Below, piece by piece: positions 41,034 to 53,798 of a stretch of DNA of 64,000 nt. Source of the DNA: Paraspadella gotoi (taxonomy: Eukaryota > Animalia > Chaetognatha). The DNA is taken from the NCBI GenBank assembly GCA_051294375.1, contig CM119264.1, forward strand, positions 23,848,002 through 23,912,001. Reading direction: 5' to 3'. The position numbers and the translations under genes were made by a program. The notes below the pieces were generated by a model. The model saw nothing but the letters and a program-made list of their open reading frames with translations, was not told the DNA's origin and made no database searches. How positions within the stretch are numbered: the first letter of the stretch is position 1; every line of letters starts with the position of its first letter.

Positions 41034-41629
41034 TCTACTCTCTCTCCTCTCTCTCACAAACCTCATGAATGATTCACGCCAAAATACAAACTCACCGTCA
41101 CAATGTTGCCTCAGCCTCAACCTCCTTTCCCTTTTCCTCCAACTTTTACTTTCCTTTTTTTTACCCTTTTGCCCTTTTCCTCTTCTTTGCCCTGTCATGT
41201 CTATTCCAATTTTTTTCACTTCTTCTACTTCTCTTTTTTTTTCATTATTTAACATGAAGTTGCTTTTTAAACTTCCCTAATCTTTAACGCCTCTCCTTTA
41301 CTTTCGTCTCTTGTTCCTTTCTTGTCCCTAAATTAAAAAAACCTTTTCTCTAAATTTAGTATTTACTTCTTCCCTTTCTCCTTTCCTTTCTCTTTCCCTT
41401 TCTCCTTTCCTTTCTCCTTCCCCTTGCGCCTCCGTGAACCGAGGACGCGCTTCTCCGTCCTCGTGCGACGAAGACGTGATCGCACGCACCAGGGGGTGCA
41501 GGCGCGAACAGGTGCAGACAGGCGCAGAGAGGAGCAGACAGGTGCAGACGATGTGGTAAGGAAATTCAAAGAGATGCAGACAGATGTAGACATTCAATTA
41601 TTGATTATTATGATGATTTTTTTTTTTTA

Positions 41630-41683
<54 letters not shown>

Positions 41684-41996
41684 TGAGAGAGAGAGAGAGA
41701 GATAAAGATAGAAAGATAGAGAGATAGAGAGATAGAGAGAGAGAGAAAGATTCAAAGTCTTCGATGACGACATCAAGTTCATCGTTGTCGTCGTTGTTGC
41801 AGACTTTTTGTCTGACGTCATCGGCGTCGTTGTTGTTGTCGTCGTCGTCGTCGTCGTCGTCCGTCTCACTCCGTCGCCTCGAATGTCGAGAGAAATGTAG
41901 CGCGAAATGTTGCAACAGAAATTGAAGAATATGGTGAGAAAAAAAAACAAGACCATAAATAAAAAAATGGAAACGTTAATTGAGAAGAATGTAAGG

Positions 41997-42093
41997 CTGT
42001 CACCAGTCATTCCGTGGGTTTGCCAGTCTGTCATAACTGTCATAACTGTCATAACTGTCACCAGTCATTCCGTGGGTTTGCCAGTCTGTCATA
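41997..42093. repeat. 39-bp direct repeat separated by 9-bp actgtcata units
   Basis: ctgtcaccagtcattccgtgggtttgccagtctgtcata at 41997-42035 and 42055-42093. Confidence 0.92.
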
Positions 42094-43428
42094 TCTAGCC
42101 CCGTCTGTTAACAATCCGCAATCACTCAATCACTCACAAGTCTCAAGGAAAAGCCTGAATTTTTTACTTGACTATTTTTAAACTCGTCCATTTGTTAGAT
42201 GTCCCCATGAGTCGAGCAGAAAAACACAATAAATTTGTTTTCAAAAATGGCCTCGCTCATGTTAAGAAGGTGAAACACAATCAAGGTCAATGGGAAAGAA
42301 GTTTGTGATTGGTCTGGGGTCAAGAGCTTTTCAGCCAATTAGGATCTAAAGTAGAACAGGCAAGTATTGACGATAAAATGAAGAAAAAAGTTCGGTAAGA
42401 GATTAAAAGAAAAAGTTAAAAATAATAAAGAAAGAAAAAAAGTAAAGATGAAAAGAAAAAGAAAAAATTAAAAAAGAGAAAAAAATAAGAAAAAACACAA
42501 AAAAAAGCAAAAATAAAAAACATAAAAAAATTTGAAATATAAACTAGGAAAAAAGAAGAAAGAAGAAAGAAGAAAGAAAGAAGAAAGAAGAAAGAAAGAA
42601 AGAGGGAAAAAAGGATTTGTCGACGGTGAATTTGAGAAGACGAAAACAGATAAGAAGTCAACGACGCAGAAAATTCTTAGACGAGACCATAAAATGTGAA
42701 AAATCGAGAATCGAGGAGAGAAAGAGAGCGAGAGAAAGAGAGAGAGAGAGATAGAGATAGAGAGACAGAGAGAAAGAGAGAGACAGAGAGAGAGAAAGGA
42801 GGGATGACAGACCGTGTTGAGACAGATAACAAGAAATCAAGAAAGAAAGATAAAACGTGAAAGAAAGTGAAAAGAAAAGAAAAAAAAGATTAACAGAAAG
42901 TAAGAGAGAGAAAAATAAAAAGATAAGAGGGTCAAGTACTCACCCAGAGTTTACCGTTAAAAGATCTAACGAATTTTTTAGACAATTTTGGTCGTTGTTA
43001 TCAATAAGCCTGACCTTAGTTGAGTTAAACATTTTATCCATCGGGTAATTTAACTATTAAATTTATAAGAAGGAATTTTTATTTCTCAAACAAGATTTTA
43101 TTTTTGTATTCTATGTACATAGTTATTTCGTATTTCGTGTACTATTATATTCACATTAACCACTTCACTCACTTCACTTAAACTCAAAGTTCACTCTCTT
43201 CATTTGTCACCATCGACTGACGCCGACTTTTAAACGTCACTTTTCACCCTACGCCTCACTCGAGCTGCCACTCTAAATTCTTGCTCCATCAGCCACTCCC
43301 ACGCTTCGCTTCCACTGACCCTAGCTAATCTCAGGAGTGTTGACTTGGAGTCTTCGCTATGACAAAATCGGTTCTCGCTGTAACGAGATTTTTAATGACA
43401 CTCAAAAAATCTGTCTGTTCATCTTTTT

Positions 43429-43496
<68 letters not shown>

Positions 43497-44760
43497 TTCC
43501 CTACCTTTAAAATCTATACTTTCCTCCTTACCCCCATTCCCCTTTTCCCCAAATCACTCAAAGAAATTCCAAAACACGCAACCCCACGAAAAAAAAAGAG
43601 GAAGAAAAAAATTTCATCGACGCGAAATCATTTCTCAAACGTGGCCTCCGGTAGAAAAGGAAAGGAGAAAAGGAAAGAAAAAAGGAAAGAAGAGAGGGGA
43701 AGAAGATGGAAAAGGGAGGAAAGGAAAGGAGGAAATGAAAGAAAAAAGGAAAGAAGAGAGGGGAAGAAGATGGGAGGAAAGAGAAGTTAAAAGATGAAAA
43801 GATCGAAACAGGACAACAAACGGAATTAGACGAAAATGAAGAGAAGAAAAAGGGTGAAACCTGAAATAAGAAAAGCGGAAAAAAAAAAATAAGAAAAGAG
43901 TAAAGAAAAAAAATAATATAAAGGAAAGAGAACTCAGAAAAAAATAGAGAAAAAAGAGAGGATCGATAGAGAGGGCGCGAAAGAGAGGGAGAAGAAACGA
44001 TGCCTGACTTTTCCCCATAAATCACTTTTTCTCCTTAAAACCTGGAAGATCGTTTGGCGGCCGAGGGCGACACGCTCGTTGCCACCGACGCCACTCCCAA
44101 TGCGCCTCTGGTGGTCGCAAGGGGAAGACACTCCTTAGGGATGGTGGCGTCATTTCTCAAGGATGATGTTATTTGTAGAGAATAAGGTCATCAATACAAG
44201 GGATTGAGGGTGTTGTATTTCTCAGAAATAGTGGAGTCAAACTACTAAAAGATTTTGATATTTTATGATGCTATGATAGAAGGCAGCTAATAAGCTAATT
44301 AATGGTTATATTGCTCTGTAATACGGATCTCACGGTGTCATCATCCGCTGGTAGACCACTGACGGGACAATTCCGAACATGACCCTGCGATTGTTTGACG
44401 TTTTCTCCGGCAGAGGACGTCATTGGAATCATAAGTTTTTCGGGTGACATCCGGTGGCAATGGTGGCATGGAAGAGGATCGAACGTGCAAGTCTGGGACG
44501 GAGGTGTGAAGTTGTGGCAAAAAAGTTGGAAAGTGAATGAGATGGAGTCAGTCGAGGTACAGAGATGAAGGCGGTGGAAGCGGTGGAAGCGGAGGCGGTG
44601 GAAGCGGAAGCGGAGGAAGTAGAAGCGGAAACGGGTAAAGGCCTGGCAGTGAAGTTGAAGAGTTTCTCTGTCGTGAACTTATGGACGACAACATTCACTG
44701 GAAACATCTTAGAAAAATTTAAGAGTCTCATTTCTCTCTCTTCTCTCTCTCTCTCTCTCT

Positions 44761-44825
<65 letters not shown>

Positions 44826-45734
44826 TTCCACGTTTATTTTTCACTCTTTCTATTTTTTATTTTTCATGCAAATCTTAGCTCAAGTAAATGATGTCATTGT
44901 CGCTTTAAATCTTTTAACAATTTTTGGTTCGGTCCGTCCTTTGTTTGTCCTTTGACATTGAAACAATTTTTTTTGTCCTTTGCACCAGAAGTACGATTTC
45001 TTTTCTTTTCAGCATCAGTAATCGATAATCAATATTCTTTATATTCTTATATCGTAAATAATAATAATAATAATAATAATAATAATTAATATATATATAT
45101 AATAAACTAATAATAATTAATAATAATAAACTAATAATAATAATAAAAAAATATAATATAATAATAAAAAAATGATAATAATAAGATATATGCATTTCTG
45201 TCTAGTCAATCAACGTTATTTTTATTTTTTCCTCAACGAGCCAAAACAAAAACATATTTCCTTGTCTGTTTGCTCAACAATCCCGAATTTTTTCCTTTGT
45301 CTTTCCGTCCCGGTGAAGACCGATGTGAGAGGGCAGACTCTGCTAATGGTCGCAAGGAAAAACAAAGGCTTCAGTTCGAGCTAAGTGGGGCTTTCCTCAG
45401 CTAAAAATTATGCCAACCTGCCGATAACCAAAAGAGAAGGAGATTTTCAAAGTTCAAAACGTTTTGGTGATAGAAAGGAGAACTATATTCATGGACGTTG
45501 AAGGAGGCTTTGATGGGAGGCGAGTTCTATTTTGAAAACGACCAGAGAAAAGTGCAGGAGCAGAACGTGATCTTGTGATCAGCTGAATCCGTTATCGGTG
45601 ATTCGGTGATTCGGTGATAACCGAATCGGGGGAGAAACCAAAAGTAGAAAAGATCAAGGCGGTAAAAAAAAATGATTGCTGAAGGTTCATTAAAATTTTT
45701 TCTGTTTTGTTCTTTGTTCTTGATTGGAACAGAA

Positions 45735-45842
45735 TGTATCTGTGTTGGGCGCGCGCCGGTTCCCTCGCGTTTTGGAATCGCAAAATGCAAGCTTCTTCCT
45801 GCGGCTCCTGGATTGGCGGGCACTGGACCCCAATCACCCGTC
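45735..45842 (+). repeat. Truncated 5' LTR of the BEL/Pao element
   Basis: About 108 bp aligning with indels to 50587-50695 (TGTATCTGTGTTGGGC...GATTGGCGGGC...CAATCACCGTC), after which the sequence jumps directly into pol. Confidence 0.85.
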
Positions 45843-48800
45843 CTTCATGAGTTGGACAAGGAATGAGAATTGATGTTGATCATCGGGTGCCGTTTTTGGC
45901 ACAACATACTATGGACACTTTTACGCCTGACAATGACAATATGGCTTCTGCATTCCGCCGCTTACTGGCGCTTAGAGTTAGAAATTCAAACACTAACATT
46001 TGGAAAGAGAGTATGAACTCCTCCAGCTCGTTCTGCTGTTGAGGATGTTCAGAAATCCAGCGCGAATATGTGATGAGGTATGACTTCCCATTGCAACTGA
46101 CCTAAGGCGGCAGCTGTATCGGCAAGCCTACTTGTGTCAGGCATGGAGGCAAGTCTGGCCTGACAGCAGTGAAGACGGCTTCTGGGGCTGGACTGTTACC
46201 CGGTCCGAGGCCTTTGAACATTCCCCGGCTATCAGTTTTGTCTGCCATTATCACCCTGGAACAATGAAGAGCTGTCTCGACGAGGCTTTGATCGTTGCTT
46301 CAGGTGGGATTTTGGGTGACCTGCCTCATGAGAAGAGATGGTCGAATCTAGAGCATGATTTGGAGGCATGAAGAAGTCTTCAGGCAGAATCAAATTGAAT
46401 TGGTTGAATGGGCATTTTCGGGGTTGCTCTTCCTGGAAAGGTGGCCGTAAAGCTGCTGCGATGAACCTTTCCTAAGGTTGACCATCGTGCCATGGCTATT
46501 AAGAGAGCCGAGAAAGCCCATGCTAAGTTGCCTTCGCGATCGTGAGAGCCTTTGAACACAGTGAATGGGAATTGTCAAGGAGTGGTTGGATGAAGGAAGT
46601 CGCCTCTGAGAAAATCTCAGAGTCAGTGACCCCTCTTCTGCCAATTTGGACAATGCCCATAGTGCTCGTTCGTAGAGATGATAAGCCTGGAGGAGGTCAG
46701 GATTTGCATGATGCTAAAGCTGAAGTAGAGGGTAATATAGTTTGAATAGTCTGACTCATGGCCAGGATCCAGACTTAGAACAGCAAGTTGAATCGGCATC
46801 TTGCCTTCGCTTTAGGGAGAAAGCCTATAGTGCTGATGGCGGATGTGAAAAGTTTCTCCTTTCACCAGGTGAAGGTTTCTCCTCCCCGACACAGAGGCTT
46901 TTGAGGTTTGCCTCTGGCGTGATTCGGCGACGGTCTTTGAGCCTTGGATCCTCAAAGCTCTCGTTGACTGGTGTTCGGTTTGAGGCCCTCCCCATCTTGC
47001 CTGCGCAATTTGTGGTAAAAGTACGCTGGCTGACCTAGGTCGTGAACAAATACCATCCTGTCACGATTGAGGCAGTTAAGCCCGGGGACTTGTATGTCGA
47101 TGGACATTATGAATGGTCAAAGCATACTGTAGGCAGATGGCTAAAAGAAGTCATGTTGTGAACTGCAGGAGTTGTTTGCCTGCTGGTGCGGGTTTTCAAC
47201 TCACGCAAATGGCGGTCGAATGAACCCTAAGGTGCGGCAATAGGCGATTGGAGATTGTGGGCATCCAGACCCTGAAGAGGTGAAGGATGCCCTGATGAGC
47301 TGATGGGCAAGGCCCTTGGCGTGCTATGAATCGAGGCACAGATGATTTGGCCTTTAAGGTGGATTCACCTAAGGAGGGGGGAGAAGTGAGGACTAAGAGG
47401 CAGTTTGATGGGTGGTAGCATCCTCGTACGACCCTCTCGGTAGGAATCCGTCCTCTCCCTGCCTCTTTTTGCCAAGCGTATACTTCAGCGCTTGTGTGAG
47501 AAGGGGTGCAATTGGGTATGATCCTGTTGCCCAAGGACGAGATTAGATTTGTTCATTGGAATGGAGAGGTTGCCGCTGGCCGAGATTGAAAAAAATTAAG
47601 GCTCAGGAGATACCATCTCCCAAGTCGAGTTTGACGATGTTGCGACAGGCGCCTCCACCTGTTTGGTGATGCCATCCATGGAAGCATATGGTGCGGTTGC
47701 CTTCTTCGCCTTGTGAGTGTCACTGGCAAAGTTCATGTTTGCTTTTGAACCTCGCGATCGAGGGTGGCACCATCAATCAGAGAAGACAAGGGCTGTTGAG
47801 GAGACGATCCGCGCGTCTTGAAATTGAACTGCTGCAGTCGTGCGGTTGACCCTCTAGCAGTCTGTTAGAGCAAGAACTCGATGAGAAGGCAGACTCAGTG
47901 ACCTCTGTGGTCGGACCTCTCATGTGTCCCTGAAGCAGATTCGCAATACAGAGACCCGTTTTTAAAGGCCTTTGCTTGCCGAATCCGCGTCACAAGATCC
48001 TGCAAAGGGACGACCGCCCTGAATCAGTGGAGATATGTCCCCCACGGACGTTAATAACCAGCTGACATGTGCTCGCAGGGGCTTGGGCTGATGAAGAGGG
48101 AGAATTTGGGACCAACTCCCATCAGGCGTCCCGCAGTTTCTCCGAGAGTTGGCCCGAGTGCTGGCCCGTGGAGCAGATTGACGCAGAGCCCTGAGAAGTT
48201 TTACTGTCGTGCCAGAAGTGCACATCTAAAATGTTACTAGGTGCTGTGAAGATGACTTTGTTGACCGCCTCTTTGAGAATGTTTCAACATGGAAAAGAGG
48301 CGGTTTCGATCGCAATTCGATCTTGCAGCGGCTTTCTGGACCACCCTCTTCAAAGGTTCCTCGCAATGTCTCTTGATCCTCTTGAGCGTGCTGAGGTGAC
48401 CTTGGTCCGGTATTGCAGCAGCAGTCATTTTCTGGCAGAATTGAAGCGTTTGGCGATTTCGGAGAAGATGTCCGAGACCAAGAGCTTCGGTCGGGGAATT
48501 CCGCCTCTGGAAAGCTTGACCCTTTCTGTTGATGATGCACGGCACCCTTAGGGTTGGTGGCAAGACTTGACAAGGCGGACGAAAGGAGTATCAGACTAGG
48601 CCAACCCATGATTCTCCCATCGTCGCACTCATCTTGTCAAAGGACCTGAATTTCCAGAAGTATCATGAGAGTTGGCAGCCATGGTGGGGTGGAGGCCAAC
48701 GTGGCTTCACCTTCGGTCTAAGTTTTGGGATCATTGAGGGGCGCGCTCTGCACCAGATCAGATGAGAATGGCATTGTTTTCCCATTGCGAAAGAATGCGA

Positions 48801-50577
48801 GCGCGAACCCCCTTGACGCCAGAAAATGGCACCGCTTTTCTTGACCGCGATTCGTGTGACACGAGGCCATCCATTCCTTCTCTATTGGTGTCACGACCTA
48901 TTTGGTCCATTTACGGTTCGATTCGGGTCGTCGAGGCGCGCAAAAAAGATGGGTGGCGCTTTTATCACTTGTTCTCCGGACTCGCGCCGTTGCACTTGGA
49001 GGTCGTTGAGACTTGTCGACGGACAGTTTTATCTTGGCGTTGCTGCGCTTTAATGGCCAATGCACCCAGGAGTCCGTCAGCATGTTCCTCTGATTGCGGC
49101 AACAAACTTCAAGGGAGCGCATCGTGAGTTGAAGGAGGAGTTCGAGAAGCGTCAGGCCTTGTTGGCAGAGGCAGCACTTGACCAGCGGTTTTCGTGGCGC
49201 TTTAAAATGCACCTCAGGCTACCGCACCAGGGTGGAGGTGGGAGAGGTTGGTGAGGTCATAGTAAGGGAGGCAATGTGGTTGCTCCTTGATCGTAGAGGT
49301 TTCCATGAACTGCGGCCTGAGGTGTTTAAATACCCCTTGTGGCTGTGGTCCTGGAATCCTCAACGGGCGGTGCTATTTACTAGGGGTGTCGGACGGATCC
49401 TAGCGACCGTTGCTCTTACACCTAATTGACTTTCTCCATCCTAACGTTCCTGCTCCTCTCATGCCTCGGAGATCGTTCCGCTAGGCGAAAGCCGGTGATG
49501 CCTTAGAAAGATATGGGAAGCAGTCGCAGAGCCTTGTCGATTCCTTCTCTGGAGAGATGGGCGTAATTGAAGTATCTCCCGAGATTTGCAGAAGCGCCGA
49601 AATGGATGGCGACGAGGCGCAATCTCCTCCATTGGAGATTGTTGTACTCGTTGTGAACGAGCTTGTTGCGAGAGAACGCCTTGAATTGGCGATAAGTTGA
49701 AGGACGATGCCCTGTTGACAGGAATTGTCCCGGAGAGTGATTTGTTCGTACGCGCTTTAGGAAGCGCCTTCACCTGTGATCGTACAGGGTTCGGTGCTTC
49801 TTGAAGCTGATGGTGATGACGCAGTGGCGAGCGAAAATGGCCAAAGACTTAGCAGCTTGTCTTGATGACATGAATATGGAACCAGCTGTTTTGATTGCAT
49901 CCTCAGATGATGCTCCTGGCGGTCAGCAGATTGGAGGGGGAACCCCATCCACGACGGCAGTTGAGGCTGTGCCTCGCACTCCACCATCGACAGCCGTGGA
50001 CGACGCAAGGAAGCAACCTCCGCCTCCCCTGATCGTGATCTGCTGCGATCAGGCCCCCCGGCAAACTTCGGAGTTGTCGACGGCGTAGATGATTACTCTA
50101 AGATGCCTGGCATGCTATGATAGTGCTTGTTGCATTTGAACGGCATTTCGTTTGCTGCTTGATTGATAATATTCATTTGATTTAGATTGGTAATTTTAGA
50201 CTGCAATATGATTTCGAAATATGATTTTGGCTTATGGATGCGGTTTAGCGTCGAGGAATTCGTCCGGGCTTTTCAATTGATTTATTGATGAATTTATTCT
50301 GTAGAATTGAATCTGGTGTTGGATTTGAGAGAGATCGATTTCTGGGTACCTATGTGGGTTCTGTGGATGGAAGGGGAATTGTTCCTTCCCTTAATTGATC
50401 TCTTTTGAAGCTTCCTGGATTCCAACTTTTGCCCTCTTTCTCTCCCTGTCCAGTTGCTGTGATCGGCAACAGGACGGGTTCTCGACGGATGGTAAGGTTT
50501 GGCGCCTAATCCATTTTTCAGGTCAGGTGAAGACGCAGTCACGTGGATTCCAGCGCGGCTCCGCAAGGCGTGCTTGC

Positions 50578-50586
50578 GGGAGGGGG
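50578..50586 (+). promoter_or_regulatory. Polypurine tract (plus-strand primer) of the BEL/Pao element
   Basis: GGGAGGGGG directly abuts the TG start of the 3' LTR. Confidence 0.8.
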
Positions 50587-51072
50587 TGTATCTGTGTTGG
50601 GCCGCGCGGTTCCCCTTCGCGTTTTGGATCGCAAAAAGTGCAAAGCTTTCTTCACCTGCGGTCCTGGATTGGCGGGCCTGGAACCAATCACCGTCGAGAA
50701 TTGGGAGAAGATATTCTAACCTTTTTTAACCCGGCGGTTTTCCGCGCGCAGCCATTGAGGAAACGCGTTGGTCGTAAGTTTCATTTAGAGTCCGCATATG
50801 AATCTTGTAATATTGGACGGCCAACGTTTTTAAAAACGCCAGTGGAGGTTAATTACTATTGCGATGCACGATTTTTACCTTGTTTTAATCTGTTTTTTTA
50901 CTTTGTTTTTAATCTGTTTTTTACCTTGTTTTTAAGTTGTTTTTAAAATTGATTTTAATTCGTTTTAATTCGTGCTTTCTACTTGATGTCATATAATGTT
51001 TTTAATCCTCGCTAAACCTTCCAAATTCGTGGTCCGAGCGACTTTAGATTATTTTAGATACAAGATCAAACA
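50587..51072 (+). repeat. 3' LTR of the BEL/Pao element (about 480 bp)
   Basis: Starts TGT immediately after the polypurine tract. It ends either at AGATACA (51056-51062, a perfect 7-bp inverse of TGTATCT) or at ..ACA 51072, which is followed by CAGAA matching the 5-bp 5' flank CAGAA at 45730-45734. The start is secure and the end is inferred. Confidence 0.7.
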
Positions 51073-51162
51073 CAGAAAGAAGGCGCGAGACGTTGAAAAA
51101 AAGTGGTACAACAAAACAGGAAGCCAGTTTGAGTGCGACTTGCTCTTCACTAGAAAACGTCT

Positions 51163-51227
<65 letters not shown>

Positions 51228-51428
51228 GAGAGAGAGAGTCTTTTGAATGGTAAATTACAGATCGCGTTATTTGAAGCGAAGAAGATTTGTGAAGTTATTG
51301 CGAAAACTTGAGAAAGAAGAAAACTGAAGCGAAGCTGAAAGGCGCAGAGTTTTTTAAAAAGAAAATAATGATAATTTAAATAGCAAGAACGCGAGAAAGA
51401 GAGAGAGAGAAGAGAGAGAGAGAGAGAT

Positions 51429-51439
<11 letters not shown>

Positions 51440-51465
<26 letters not shown>

Positions 51466-52421
51466 GCCACATGGTATTTTGGAGTCTTGGACCGACCAAG
51501 GTCGATGATACCATCTGAAAGAATTTCAGTCGAAACAATGAAAAGTGAGAATTTGATATTTTTGTGATTAAAGTATGAGGAGTCCTATGGAAAAGGGAAG
51601 ATAGAGAGGGAGTGAGAGATAGAGAAAGGGAGAGAGAGAAGGAGAGATAAAATGAGCCAGATAAGGATGAAGAGAGGAGAGGGAGTCGAGAATGGAAAAT
51701 GCAGGGTCGTTGTTAGAATCAGTCTTGTTTTTTCAACTTTTACTTGTTTCAACTATTTTCTATTTTCTATTTTATATTAATATATATATTTAATTATGTC
51801 TACATTGCTTTTTTAAAATTTTTACTAATCTAAATAATTCATTTAGGGCGGGGGAGGTCATGTGTTATCTTCTGGAAATAAGAAATATGTTGAGTTTGAT
51901 TCTGCGAGAGACGCAAATAAAGATCCAAGAATCGAATTTAAATGATTTTTGCCAAAATTTTTGGTAAATACGGCAGAGCGCCTCATAAAATATCAGAGTC
52001 AGATCCCAAAAAATTGCTTTTCTATCGAATTTTTAATACTTTGTTTTTACCGTTCACTTTATTTTTTATAATTATTAAATAAAAAATAAAGAAATAAATA
52101 AATAAAATTATCTTTAAAAATAACGAGAGATGTGCAATTAACGTAAGCATACTACATACAATACTAATTTTTGGAGGCAGCCAGCTCGTTTTCAAAAATT
52201 TTCTTCAGACGACTAATCCTTACTCTTAATTTCTCTACTTACCATTTTCATTTTCGACTTTTTTGGATCTCATAGCATAATTTTTTCATTTTTCTCCACC
52301 AAAAAAAAAAATTCTCATTTGTTCTTGTGTTTCACTTTTTTTTTTTTTATTTCTTCATCGTCGACCCTTTTTTTCAATGGCTTCTTTTTTCTCATTTACG
52401 AAAATTACATTTTCTCTCTCA

Positions 52422-52458
<37 letters not shown>

Positions 52459-53763
52459 ACTCCTCTCTCATCTCATTCTCTCTCTCTCTCATCTCTCTAT
52501 CGAGTAAACTCTTCCCTGACTTCCTTTTTCATTCCCCATATTTTAATCTCTATATCTATCTCTGTTTCTAATCATCATCCTTCTTTTCCCCATTTTTTCT
52601 TTTCTTTCTCCTCTTTCACTTCGCCTCCAACCTCTCGCCCCCGGTTCCCGCCATCCAACCCCCCGAACATCACCCCCACCCTCCCCCTCCAACCCTCCCA
52701 CCCGTTCTGCCTTGAATGGAGATAAAAGGTTGTAAGAAAGAAAATGAATGAAAAGTAACATCTACTCATGGTAAGAAAACACGAGAAGATGAGGTTCGGG
52801 GAAAGGGGAGGAATCGTTTAGCCCTTAAAAGAAAAATATTATAAAATTGGAAGGAAAAGAAAGGAAAATGAAATTTTGGAAGAAGGAAAATATATTTATC
52901 GATGGAGAGGAAGAAGGGAAAGAATGGTAGGAAAATGGTGGAATTACGATGAGGAAGGGATGATGAATGGAATATGTAGGAAGGATGAACAGGGGGTTAG
53001 GAATTGAAGAAATATTAAAAGCAAACGAAGCAAAAATCGAAAAAAGGAAAGAGACGGCAGTCAAAAGTTAAGGAATTAAATGTGGAATATAGAAAGGAAA
53101 ATGGCAATCAAAGTTGGTTTAAGCGCTCTAGGGAAAAATCTTAAAAATTCAAACAGATTTCGTTTCGACACTTTCAGACTTTTTTTTAAAACAAAATTAA
53201 AAGAAAATACTGAAAAATCTAAAGAAAAAAGTAGAAAAATATATAGATAGCAACGAGAAAGAAATAAAGGAAAAAAGAAAAAAAAGAAAAAAGGCGGGGA
53301 AAATCGGGCGGGAGGCGAGATTCGGGACAAATGGACCAAATCTGGACGGAGACAACTTTCGTCTGGTTCTCCAGGCTCCTTGGGTTGATCCCATAAAAGA
53401 AACCTCGCAGTGGGAGGCCGAGGGAGGAGTGGGAGAGTGAGTGTGGAAGGGAGATTGGTGAAGAGAGAAGGTAAGGGGAGTTCACTGTTAAGAGATGAAG
53501 GGGGACCGTAGGATGTAGTTAGGAGTAAGGTAGGGGGGTAAGTAAAAAGGCGTATCGAGTAGGCACTGAGAGTTAAATAAGAAGTAAACGGGAAAGGAAG
53601 ATGAAAATCTTGGAGGAATTAACCGGAAAGTTCAGGTTTAATACCCGGGTTATTATAATGCAAGAAAGTATCCAGAGAGAAGGGATTTAAGTAAATGACT
53701 AATGAAAGGCTTAAATGTAGGTCCAATAGGGATGGCATNNNNNNNNNNNNNNNNNNNNNNNNN

Positions 53764-53798
<35 letters not shown>

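Larger units (their letters stand above)
45735..51072 (+). mobile_element. BEL/Pao LTR retrotransposon, internally deleted (no gag/protease) and heavily frameshifted
   Basis: Ordered + strand pol motifs read across frameshifts: NMASAFRRLLAL (about 45938); VRRDDKPG..HDAKAEVEG..GPDL..LRFREK..ADV (about 46668-46850); LYVD-D (47090); YDPLG (47427); EAYGAVA (about 47681); QWRYVPTDVN-PADMCSRG (about 48025); LERAEVTLVRY (48381); LRVGG-RL and PMILP; HHCC zinc finger; integrase D.FGPF, HLEVV, TNFKGA, PHQGG-WERLVR; and a DUF5641-like W.RW..EYL..LQ.R.KW. Direct repeats start TGTATCT at 45735 and 50587. Confidence 0.93.
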
